Shown here piece after piece: positions 56,984 through 64,000 of a stretch of 64,000 bases of DNA (its first letter is position 1; every line of letters begins with the position of its first letter). Made by a program: the position numbers and the translations under genes. The notes under the pieces were generated by a model. The model worked only from the letters and a program-made list of their open reading frames with translations, did not search any database and was not told the DNA's origin. The DNA comes from a virus: IMG/VR virus record IMGVR_UViG_3300032242_001280. One strand, given 5' to 3'.

Positions 56984-57380
56984 ACATATTTTGAATGGCT
57001 TGTCCTAAATTATTGTCACAAAGTGTCAGCATTACACTTAATTCGTTATCCATTAGGAATAGTTCCCCTTTGCTCATTTGATAAAACCAAGGGTGATTAT
57101 GGTATCGATCCATCAGCACAATTTCTTTGCCGTTTATTTGATATTTGCGCCTATCTATATGATGTTCATAGAATTTATAACCATAATTACGCATTAGTTC
57201 AAATGCAGTATTATTAAGCCTAAACCCAAAATTTTTATTGTTATTGTACCAATAAAGAATATAGATATTTTTTTGATTTATGTTTGGAATAAATGCATCT
57301 TCGCCATGGGCCAAATGATATAACTCATGGGTCCATTCAGTTTTAGATTTTTTATTTTGTTGGGTAAACGGTTGGTCCAC
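56979..57380 (-). CDS. Hypothetical phage protein
   Basis: 133-aa ORF; WYN...GFRLN motif; overlaps the upstream gene. Confidence 0.75.
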   Translation of the reverse strand: MDQPFTQQNKKSKTEWTHELYHLAHGEDAFIPNINQKNIYILYWYNNNKNFGFRLNNTAFELMRNYGYKFYEHHIDRRKYQINGKEIVLMDRYHNHPWFYQMSKGELFLMDNELSVMLTLCDNNLGQAIQNMS

Positions 57381-57645
57381 TGTTCAACAACACTACGCTA
57401 AATTTAGTAGTTTTAAATTGTATGTTAAGTTTTTTACAAAGATTGATCGCATGACCAGGATTTGAAAAACTTGTTTTTTTATACTTTGGACCAGGATACT
57501 GCGCTAACATAGAAGTAGTTTTAAAGTTAATTGGATTGTTATCATAAAAGATAGCCCAAATACCTTCGCTAGCCAAAACCTGATCTGACTTGTAAGTAGT
57601 TTTATTCGTTATTTCTAATATAATTTGAGGTTTTGGTCTTGACAT
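57352..57645 (-). CDS. Conserved hypothetical phage protein
   Basis: 97 aa; MSRPKP...GPKYKKTSFSNPGHAINL--KLN. Confidence 0.8.
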   Translation of the reverse strand: MSRPKPQIILEITNKTTYKSDQVLASEGIWAIFYDNNPINFKTTSMLAQYPGPKYKKTSFSNPGHAINLCKKLNIQFKTTKFSVVLLNSGPTVYPTK

Positions 57646-57688
57646 TGTTGATTTTACGCATTAATATTTATCAATATAATATGCGCAG

Positions 57689-57916
57689 TTAAAAACTTCT
57701 TCCTTCCATGACAACTTCAATAACTTCGTTATCATTAATTTTCTTTTTTAAATCTTCAATTTGACTTTCTAATTCAAGCGTGTATGCAAGTAAATCTGTA
57801 AGTTCATTTATTACATTACGAAGTTCTTCGCCATCAATAAGATGTTTATTATTTCCACTAAGTGATTTTCCACGCTCATTAAATTTTCTTATCCAAAAAA
57901 GATTAGGCGGTCTCAT
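57689..57916 (-). CDS. Hypothetical protein
   Basis: 75 aa, coiled-coil-like; overlaps the upstream gene. Confidence 0.75.
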   Translation of the reverse strand: MRPPNLFWIRKFNERGKSLSGNNKHLIDGEELRNVINELTDLLAYTLELESQIEDLKKKINDNEVIEVVMEGRSF

Positions 57917-58382
57917 TGTTTAAATTCCTAAATCTTTCTGTTTGTTCAATCTTAGTCTTAAATGGACCGCAGTATTCATATCGTTGAAGAGTAATCAACT
58001 TAGGCGAATACGCAAGTGTCCAAGTATTATCAAATTTAATTACATAATAACCTGCACAATAAAAACTGCTGCTCTTATCATTCTTAGTGTATAGCGGAAG
58101 TTTTAACTTTACATTCCAAATATGATTATGAGCAGTATGACTGGTTGGATAACCATATACTTCATTGGTCTTAATGGGGTTTTTAAAATCTTTTGCTCGT
58201 TTAGAGATAGTAATATTTTTTCTTTCCATCATCTCTTGTAGAGTTGGAAATTCTTCCATGGTATCACTAACGGTACACCGAACGCCGCTAGTAGTTTGCG
58301 CAATGTTCCCAATGCGCTCGCCTTTTTCGTTTTCAATGATCCAAAAACGATTTTCTACAATATTCTTAGCCTTGAGTGTCAT
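57903..58382 (-). CDS. Conserved hypothetical phage protein
   Basis: Start placed at ATG 58382 (MTLKAK); PLYTK...SFYCAGYY...PKLITLQRY--GPFKT. Confidence 0.8.
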   Translation of the reverse strand: MTLKAKNIVENRFWIIENEKGERIGNIAQTTSGVRCTVSDTMEEFPTLQEMMERKNITISKRAKDFKNPIKTNEVYGYPTSHTAHNHIWNVKLKLPLYTKNDKSSSFYCAGYYVIKFDNTWTLAYSPKLITLQRYEYCGPFKTKIEQTERFRNLNNETA

Positions 58383-58575
58383 CTTTAATCTTTCCTTCAA
58401 TCATGTCAAATAGCGAATTATATTCACTACGAACTTCAATAAACGAAGCCCAACCAATGGCAGCAACAATATCCATTAGAACACGATCTTGATCAATGTT
58501 CCAATAGTGAAAAATCTCATATCCAAAGAAAATGAGAATTACCCATGGAAAGTATTTTACAAAAAAATCACGCAT
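58366..58575 (-). CDS. Small putative membrane protein
   Basis: 69 aa with two hydrophobic segments. Confidence 0.65.
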   Translation of the reverse strand: MRDFFVKYFPWVILIFFGYEIFHYWNIDQDRVLMDIVAAIGWASFIEVRSEYNSLFDMIEGKIKDDTQG

Positions 58576-59569
58576 CTGTGGTTTCCTTTACAAGTGGTTT
58601 GCTAAGTGCATCTGCCAGAGATTGTACGCTTTCGCTTATCTTGTTAAGTTCAAACTTTGCGCAGAACTTAATAAGTTGCGTACCAATCTGACGATTCTCT
58701 CTTGGATTAACTGCTATTAAAGCAGTATCAATTTTATCTCGTATATCTATGGGCTGGGCAGTGAGATCAATAAGCACACGGTTGGCATCATAACGGTCAA
58801 GAACGCGATGTTCTATACCATCATGGTCTACCCAACGCTGTAGCATTAAATTATTCCACGCCCAGCCCTTACGGTCGCGGTCAGCAAAGGCTTCGGTAAG
58901 TCCAACCCGCTTGGCTGTACCCTTGACACGAACGCCTGGACATGCTGACATCACATTATCTGTAGGATCGCCCCGCATACACTTTTCAAAAAGTATCCAC
59001 TTAGGGTCGCCTACAGTCTTGTGTTTCTTAGTTAGTTTATCAATAACTGGTTTGCCATTATCATCAAATACGCCTTCTAAGGTAATAAGATGATTAGCTA
59101 ACCCATTATACATAGTAACATTTTCTGCTAACAACTGATGAAAATCACTGTCATTGCTAAGAATAACATGGCTATCAGATGGATGCAACGCGATCCAACG
59201 AGCAATGATATCATCTGCTTCGGCTTGTTCTACTTTAATAACGCTTGCATTAGTACGATCATTTAACCAATTGGTCAATTCTTCATAGCATTGCCAAAAC
59301 TCTTTATCTTCTTCGGCTTCACGCACAGTCATTTTATCTTTGGTTACTTTACGATTAGCCTTGTAGCTAGCCGTATGATCTTTGCGCCAACTGCGTGACT
59401 CAAGTGCAAAGATGATATGGTCAGGCTTATGCTGACGATGTGCTTTCAAAATGCTTGTGAATGTCACATGCAACGCAAGACCAATGCGCTGCCACATATC
59501 AGCGCCACGAGCACTGCTATGACGAGCACGAGCGAAAAGATTAGCTGTATCTACAAGAAGATATTTCAT
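58568..59569 (-). CDS. rnh: RNase H / 5'-3' flap exonuclease (T4 rnh-like)
   Basis: LLVDTANL, SWRK...YKANR, EADDII, SNDSDF-QL, GDPTDNV: FEN/5'-nuclease acidic motifs. Confidence 0.92.
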   Translation of the reverse strand: MKYLLVDTANLFARARHSSARGADMWQRIGLALHVTFTSILKAHRQHKPDHIIFALESRSWRKDHTASYKANRKVTKDKMTVREAEEDKEFWQCYEELTNWLNDRTNASVIKVEQAEADDIIARWIALHPSDSHVILSNDSDFHQLLAENVTMYNGLANHLITLEGVFDDNGKPVIDKLTKKHKTVGDPKWILFEKCMRGDPTDNVMSACPGVRVKGTAKRVGLTEAFADRDRKGWAWNNLMLQRWVDHDGIEHRVLDRYDANRVLIDLTAQPIDIRDKIDTALIAVNPRENRQIGTQLIKFCAKFELNKISESVQSLADALSKPLVKETTDA

Positions 59570-59576
59570 AAGACCT

Positions 59577-59606
59577 AATATAATATGTTAGGGGTTAATT
59601 GTCAAG
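59577..59606 (-). promoter_or_regulatory. Sigma70-type promoter of rnh
   Basis: cTTGACA-N17-TATATT; ATG 7 nt downstream. Confidence 0.75.
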
Positions 59607-59608
59607 TA

Positions 59609-60055
59609 TTATCTTACTTCTGTTTTGCCATCACCTAAATCAGTACGACTGATATAACGGCTTCCATCAAGATTTTGCACATTGGCTTGTGAAGTTGCTA
59701 ATATATTGCGAGCAATATCATTGAGCCAAGCATCTACTAGTGCTTCTGGATTAACTCCACGATAACCAGATTGGCGAAGCATCTCAATAAATTCTGCGTT
59801 CCAATCAAGTTCCATAGACCCAATCTGTGGGTTTGCGGGATCAAAATCAAACTTAAGAACTTTTACTTCTGGTTTGGTATCGGCAGGTTTTTCTTCAATT
59901 AGTGCCTCTTCAACCTTTTTTGCTTTTGGTGTACGAGATTTCTTAGGTTTTATGCTAGTTTGAGTAGAGGCTAGTGGTGCGCTTTCTGTAATTACAGCAG
60001 AGGCGTTAGCGTCTTTGTTAATTAATTTGCCGATTAGTTTGTCGAGTAATCCCAT
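59609..60055 (-). CDS. Conserved hypothetical phage protein
   Basis: 148 aa; ELDWN-EF---L---GY-G motif. Confidence 0.75.
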   Translation of the reverse strand: MGLLDKLIGKLINKDANASAVITESAPLASTQTSIKPKKSRTPKAKKVEEALIEEKPADTKPEVKVLKFDFDPANPQIGSMELDWNAEFIEMLRQSGYRGVNPEALVDAWLNDIARNILATSQANVQNLDGSRYISRTDLGDGKTEVR

Positions 60056-60064
60056 TTTATACCT

Positions 60065-60391
60065 TTATTGCTGCCAGCATTGGCGTTGGCGACCTGCGAA
60101 ATTACCCCATGCATCATACATAGGAACCCAACGACAGAATGTCTGTGGGTAATACTGTGGTTGTGGATAATATTGTGGCTGTGGGTAATACTGGCGTTGG
60201 TTCTGCTCAGCCATGCTGCCTAAAATACCGCCAACAATCAACCCGCCAACAAGAGGCGCAACCCAATTACCACCGCCACCACCGCCATATCCAGGACGAG
60301 GACCGTGATGGTAACGCCAGTCGTCGGCATTTGCTGCTGTTGCAGTAATTAATGTAGCTGTTGCGAGTAGGATAGCTAGGGTTTTACGCAT
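60065..60391 (-). CDS. Exported BA14K-like / glycine-zipper small protein
   Basis: Signal peptide ending ANA, His/Gly stretch, hydrophobic GGLIVGGILG segment, QYYPQP repeats, C-terminal Cys pair. Confidence 0.7.
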   Translation of the reverse strand: MRKTLAILLATATLITATAANADDWRYHHGPRPGYGGGGGGNWVAPLVGGLIVGGILGSMAEQNQRQYYPQPQYYPQPQYYPQTFCRWVPMYDAWGNFAGRQRQCWQQ

Positions 60392-60416
60392 GGTAGTTCT
60401 CCGATTGACTATAACT

Positions 60417-60445
60417 AATATAACATATTTATTGGTCTTGTCAAG
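60417..60445 (-). promoter_or_regulatory. Early cassette promoter (BA14K-like gene)
   Basis: cTTGACA-N16-TATATT with TGn, then TATAGTCAA and GGAGA. Confidence 0.85.
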
Positions 60446-60453
60446 GGTTATTT

Positions 60454-60675
60454 TTAATGTAAGGGGTGTTCAGCTTCGTATTTTTTAATGATTTCTAGGG
60501 CATCTGGGACCAAAACCATGTATATTTGCTCTGCATCGGCGGGTGCTTCGCATTGCAAGTATTCATATATTTCCGTTGCGGGAATTACGGCACGACCAGC
60601 ATAGGTCTGATCACGGATGTACTTTAACATCAAGTACTCTACTTCTTCGTCTGTTATATCAAGGTCTAGTTCCAT
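60454..60675 (-). CDS. Hypothetical protein
   Basis: 73 aa; GAGGA RBS; overlaps the upstream gene. Confidence 0.7.
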   Translation of the reverse strand: MELDLDITDEEVEYLMLKYIRDQTYAGRAVIPATEIYEYLQCEAPADAEQIYMVLVPDALEIIKKYEAEHPLH

Positions 60676-60952
60676 TTTTTTCCTCGTATATCATTGATAA
60701 TAGAACCATATAATGATTCCATGCTTCTTTAAGTGATGGATACTGACTTTGAAGTGCTTTTTGATTACGCCAAGGAACTCTAAAAAAAGCTTCGTCGGTT
60801 GGATTGACATTGCCATTTTCGAGAAATTTGTTTATTTGTTTTACACGGTTAAGTTCAAATTGTCGCCATCCATCTGTATCGTTGCGTGGAATTACACGAC
60901 CAGTATCGTATTCAAAATCTTCACTTTGTGGCAAGTCTGAAAAATTACTCAT
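60659..60952 (-). CDS. Hypothetical protein
   Basis: 97 aa; TAATG coupling; YPSLKEAWNHY C-terminal motif. Confidence 0.75.
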   Translation of the reverse strand: MSNFSDLPQSEDFEYDTGRVIPRNDTDGWRQFELNRVKQINKFLENGNVNPTDEAFFRVPWRNQKALQSQYPSLKEAWNHYMVLLSMIYEEKNGTRP

Positions 60953-61254
60953 TAATGATTACTTATAATGTACTGAACGATGATTTCACTTAACCGCTCA
61001 CCTAATTCTTCACTATCATTGATAACATGCAGTTCATTAAGACCACGATCTTTACGGTCATCATACCGATGAAACTCTACGATATATCCACCATTAGCAA
61101 CATGCAGTTTCATATTGATACCATCAGCACCAATTTTGTTTGAACTTATTGGTCTTATATTCTCGCCAGTATATATCAAGTTGTGTTGTGCTTTTTGTGT
61201 TTCTTCCCAAGCCCGTTTTGATTGCCGTTGAAACCATTTATCAAACCACCTCAT
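60952..61254 (-). CDS. Hypothetical phage protein
   Basis: 100 aa; ANGGYIVE...YD motif; ATGA coupling. Confidence 0.78.
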   Translation of the reverse strand: MRWFDKWFQRQSKRAWEETQKAQHNLIYTGENIRPISSNKIGADGINMKLHVANGGYIVEFHRYDDRKDRGLNELHVINDSEELGERLSEIIVQYIISNH

Positions 61255-61598
61255 TGGAACCGCCTTTCAATATCATCTTCTTCACAAGCCTCGCCATATT
61301 GCGTTTCAATAATAACAAGTGGTTCCTTGCCAATATTAATAACTTGGTGCCAGTTACCAACTGAAATTTTAATAGTTTCACCTGCCTGTAAAACTTCGGT
61401 TCGGTCATTGTACATTGTATCGCTATGATTTGTAACAACTCTAGCAACACCACTTTGCACAACCCAAAACTCACTGCGCTTTTTATGCTTTTGATAACTC
61501 AAGCAATGACTTGGTTTAACAACCAGTTCTTTTACTTTTACATTTCCAGTATCATGAAGGACTGTAAAATGTCCCCAAATTCTTCCTTCACTAATCAT
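61251..61598 (-). CDS. Cupin, type II mannose-6-phosphate isomerase C-terminal-like
   Basis: RIWGHFTVL...VKELVVKP---LSYQKHKKRSEFWVV--G...WHQV-N...IIETQYG--CEEDDIER. Confidence 0.88.
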   Translation of the reverse strand: MISEGRIWGHFTVLHDTGNVKVKELVVKPSHCLSYQKHKKRSEFWVVQSGVARVVTNHSDTMYNDRTEVLQAGETIKISVGNWHQVINIGKEPLVIIETQYGEACEEDDIERRFQ

Positions 61599-61896
61599 CG
61601 TATTTTTCTTTCTGCATAGGAAGCTTCATAGCAGCAAAAGCTGCAGCTTCATTACTATTGAATTGTATATGAACTTTATCTAACCCGCAAGTTAAAAATG
61701 TAAAATCTTCGCCGTATTTGTAACCTGCTTCGCCCATAGCATTACAGATAACACAAGCGGCTTCAACATCACGATAGTTTGCATTTAACGCACCGCCATA
61801 TGACCAATCACCAGGATCAATCATATAACCATTTGATATAGGTCTTTGAGTAAGAGATTTACTTGGAAATTCAAGTATTAAGGGTTTTTTTAACAT
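61591..61896 (-). CDS. Hypothetical protein
   Basis: 101-aa ORF coupled to both neighbours. Confidence 0.7.
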   Translation of the reverse strand: MLKKPLILEFPSKSLTQRPISNGYMIDPGDWSYGGALNANYRDVEAACVICNAMGEAGYKYGEDFTFLTCGLDKVHIQFNSNEAAAFAAMKLPMQKEKYDD

Positions 61897-62156
61897 GCAT
61901 ATGCCAACATAAAAAAACTTACATGCTGTTCATCGGCAAACATAACTGGTAATTCTGTACCATTATCAAGTTGAAGAAATACATAATCTTGACCATTACG
62001 CAACCCATGATGATTAAAAATTTCTTTTAATTGAGACATCGCTATATTGCGTTTATTCCACAGCCCATATCTAGGCGTATTATTTAATTTTGCAAGTGGA
62101 AATCTTGCTATTTTATTTTCGTCTTTGTTATAGACTGAAACATCTAGGTTTGGCAC
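61890..62156 (-). CDS. Hypothetical protein
   Basis: 88 aa, GTG start; C-terminal pattern (G---G-DY-F...F...FM) resembles the neighbouring 101-aa protein. Confidence 0.65.
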   Translation of the reverse strand: MPNLDVSVYNKDENKIARFPLAKLNNTPRYGLWNKRNIAMSQLKEIFNHHGLRNGQDYVFLQLDNGTELPVMFADEQHVSFFMLAYAC

Positions 62157-62442
62157 TGGCAGAACCTATTAATTAATGTGAAGTATTGTGACTAGATTCT
62201 ACAATTAATGCAGCATCTAGTTCCCAGTTATTTCGAATATATTCACCACGCCGTACTTTTTCGTATTGACCATACGGAGTGTTGCGACGGTAAAGGTCTG
62301 CCTCATTAAAGACAAACCCATATTCACGGCAGAAATTGCGATATGCATCCAAATCATTGAATACACGGTTTACAGTTGAATTACGAATCATTTGTTTCTC
62401 TTTTTTCTAGAGGTTAATATTATTATGGAACTGCCAGTGCCA
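62151..62442. repeat. 12-bp perfect inverted repeat flanking the 72-aa gene
   Basis: TGGCACTGGCAG at 62151-62162 and CTGCCAGTGCCA at 62431-62442. Confidence 0.9.
62173..62391 (-). CDS. Conserved hypothetical phage protein
   Basis: 72 aa; VFNDLDAYRNFCREYGFVFNEADLY; own promoter. Confidence 0.8.
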   Translation of the reverse strand: MIRNSTVNRVFNDLDAYRNFCREYGFVFNEADLYRRNTPYGQYEKVRRGEYIRNNWELDAALIVESSHNTSH

Positions 62443-62450
62443 TAGTTCTT

Positions 62451-62479
62451 ATATTAGTCTGATTTCTTTTCTTTGTCAA
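62451..62479 (-). promoter_or_regulatory. Sigma70-type promoter of the 72-aa gene
   Basis: TTGACA-N17-TAATAT within the 3' end of the upstream gene. Confidence 0.65.
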
Positions 62480-63134
62480 TATAATTTTTTTCTATATTGG
62501 CAATAGAAATTTCATCATTGAAATTGTTTTTTACTTTTATATCTGTGTATACTTCAATTATGCGTTTCAAATTTTTTACCATTAAAAATTTATCTACTGA
62601 CATTTTTTTAACCGTTGAAAGTTTTAAATTTAAATTTGCATTTACATTAATAGTTTTAAAAAAATTAATTTCATCCCCTATACAATCATTATAATTTATA
62701 ATATATTTTTCAACATTAAGGTCTTTGTAAATTTCAAAAATATTAGAGTAAAAATAATCAAATTCTTTTACTTTATTAATAAATTTGTAAAGATTGATAT
62801 TAAATCTTAAACCTTCAAATTGTTTCTTATATAACATTTCTTCTATTTTTGAATGTAATGTATATATTTTGGTTTCTTGTGCCACACATTGACTTATTAC
62901 CGATTCTAATATTGATCGTGTAGTTAGTAATAAAACAAAATCTGATGGAATTTTTTCAACAATTTTTATTTGATGAGTATGCTGAATAGGAAAAGACCAA
63001 TCTGGTGCAAGAAGGTCTTGTGAATAAAATACATTATTGTTCAATGACAAATAATTTTTAAAATACTCATTTAGTAGATGAGTAAAATATATGCTGCCAG
63101 TTCTTGATATTCCATATACAAGGTATTTTTTCAT
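62454..63134 (-). CDS. Sulfotransferase-like P-loop protein, very AT-rich
   Basis: LVYGISRTGS (5'-PSB-like), HTH sequence motif, RSILESVIS (3'-PB-like), INYND. Confidence 0.6.
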   Translation of the reverse strand: MKKYLVYGISRTGSIYFTHLLNEYFKNYLSLNNNVFYSQDLLAPDWSFPIQHTHQIKIVEKIPSDFVLLLTTRSILESVISQCVAQETKIYTLHSKIEEMLYKKQFEGLRFNINLYKFINKVKEFDYFYSNIFEIYKDLNVEKYIINYNDCIGDEINFFKTINVNANLNLKLSTVKKMSVDKFLMVKNLKRIIEVYTDIKVKNNFNDEISIANIEKNYIDKEKKSD

Positions 63135-63442
63135 CTTTTGTCAAGTAAATTATTATAGTGATCAATTGCTGCTTGTAGTTTAGGAATATCCTTCTTATCT
63201 ACAATTACATCATTCCAAATCAAGTCTGCGCTAAAAACATACTTTAGCGCAGCCCAAACTCGTTTGAAAAATGAACGATAATTTGAAGCTTGAACATTCA
63301 CAATAAAATCTGGTTTATAGGGCAGATTATCGCCCCAATCAAAAACTTGAACAATAATAGTATGTTCAGGGGAATGGCATTCACAAGAAAGAAATACCGT
63401 TAAGTCATCATGCTTTTCTGCTATATCTTCAATTGTGCTCAT
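63131..63442 (-). CDS. Hypothetical phage protein
   Basis: 103 aa; CECHSPEH and FFKRVWAALKYVF motifs. Confidence 0.78.
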   Translation of the reverse strand: MSTIEDIAEKHDDLTVFLSCECHSPEHTIIVQVFDWGDNLPYKPDFIVNVQASNYRSFFKRVWAALKYVFSADLIWNDVIVDKKDIPKLQAAIDHYNNLLDKR

Positions 63443-63444
63443 TG

Positions 63445-64000
63445 TTATGCCTTTGCGGGTAACAGATATTCATATTTAATAAGACCGCTATCAACCATAA
63501 TCTGTGCTACACCATCATCGCTGAATTGAACAATCTTGTCGCCCTGCAGGTTCAAGATGCTTAAGAACAACCCAACTGGCCAACTCCAAGTTTTTAGTAA
63601 CTTACCAGTTACTGCACTTTGGAATACAAAGTTACCTGCGTGTGTAGAATGGTCGCCAAAATAGAACTTAAGATCACCGTTTTCTGTCTTGGCAGTAAAC
63701 ATCTTTTCTTCGCTGTTAGCCTGAGATTGAAACTTCAGTCTGGTAATATTTATTACAGTTGGTTCAAAAGTAATATTCCAAGTAGCGCCTTTAAACTTAG
63801 GCGTTTTAAGTTTCTCATTTACCATTTCAGTAGACATAAAACGATAATCGTTTTTGAAATCACCTGCGGCATTTTCAAAATGCAATCCAGTAGGAACTGT
63901 TGTTCCGTTTCGTTCTTGTGTCACGAGAGTGATGTTTGCATTTTCTTTATATTCGGGAATATTAAGAATAGTACTAAGCTTAGCTAGATTTGGCATACCA
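63445..64000 (-). CDS. Putative DNA polymerase sliding clamp (gp45-like), N-terminus outside the window
   Basis: Frame open to the window edge; YRFM...W-I-FEP...G---I-VDSG--Y-Y-LPA pattern resembles phage clamp folds. Recognition is from memory only. Confidence 0.6.
   Translation of the reverse strand, partial: GMPNLAKLSTILNIPEYKENANITLVTQERNGTTVPTGLHFENAAGDFKNDYRFMSTEMVNEKLKTPKFKGATWNITFEPTVINITRLKFQSQANSEEKMFTAKTENGDLKFYFGDHSTHAGNFVFQSAVTGKLLKTWSWPVGLFLSILNLQGDKIVQFSDDGVAQIMVDSGLIKYEYLLPAKA

Noticed and set aside
53400-57000. CRISPR-like or attC-like repeat array
   Set aside because: The repeats are promoter-RBS modules separated by full ORFs of variable length; there are no cas or integrase genes and no attC structure.
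1-64000. Stop-codon reassignment (TAG is almost unused as a stop)
   Set aside because: Long genes, including the 14.7-kb ORF, are intact in the standard code, and one gene (ending 61591) appears to stop at TAG. Avoidance of TAG is not recoding.
1-64000. tRNA genes, introns, inteins, homing endonucleases, transposons
   Set aside because: Intergenic gaps are short and explained by promoters or terminators, and no such motifs were recognised by eye. tRNAscan and Infernal runs would be needed to exclude them formally.

Overview
An AT-rich segment of a large tailed myovirus (jumbo-phage-like, T4-superfamily architecture) read with the standard genetic code. The host is probably an alphaproteobacterium, which is an inference. 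The plus strand (1-34,943) carries the baseplate/tail module: a 5'-truncated putative hub/spike protein with peptidoglycan-hydrolase-like domains, gp25- and gp6-like wedge proteins, a 4,911-aa giant protein, four paralogous tail fibres, a stand-alone fibre-chaperone domain and a structural protein. Most of these genes have a TAAATA late-type motif upstream. A tightly coupled operon follows (34,982-47,531) with four glycosyltransferase-like genes and five tandem radical-SAM paralogues. It converges on a minus-strand DegT aminotransferase, NDP-sugar epimerase, thyA and DHFR block. The rest of the minus strand holds early/replication genes (MoxR-like AAA+ with a vWA/HExxH partner, RNase H, cupin, sulfotransferase-like gene, truncated sliding clamp) and an array of small genes, each with its own near-identical promoter-RBS cassette. 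Three things stand out: (1) an unannotated 39-aa ArfA-like ribosome-rescue gene; (2) two unrelated genes whose 3'-UTR hairpin loop is a perfect 12-nt complement of their own 5'-UTR, in one case covering the RBS; (3) the glycosyltransferase/radical-SAM/amino-sugar cluster beside the tail fibres. All functional calls come from motif recognition by eye; no searches were run.
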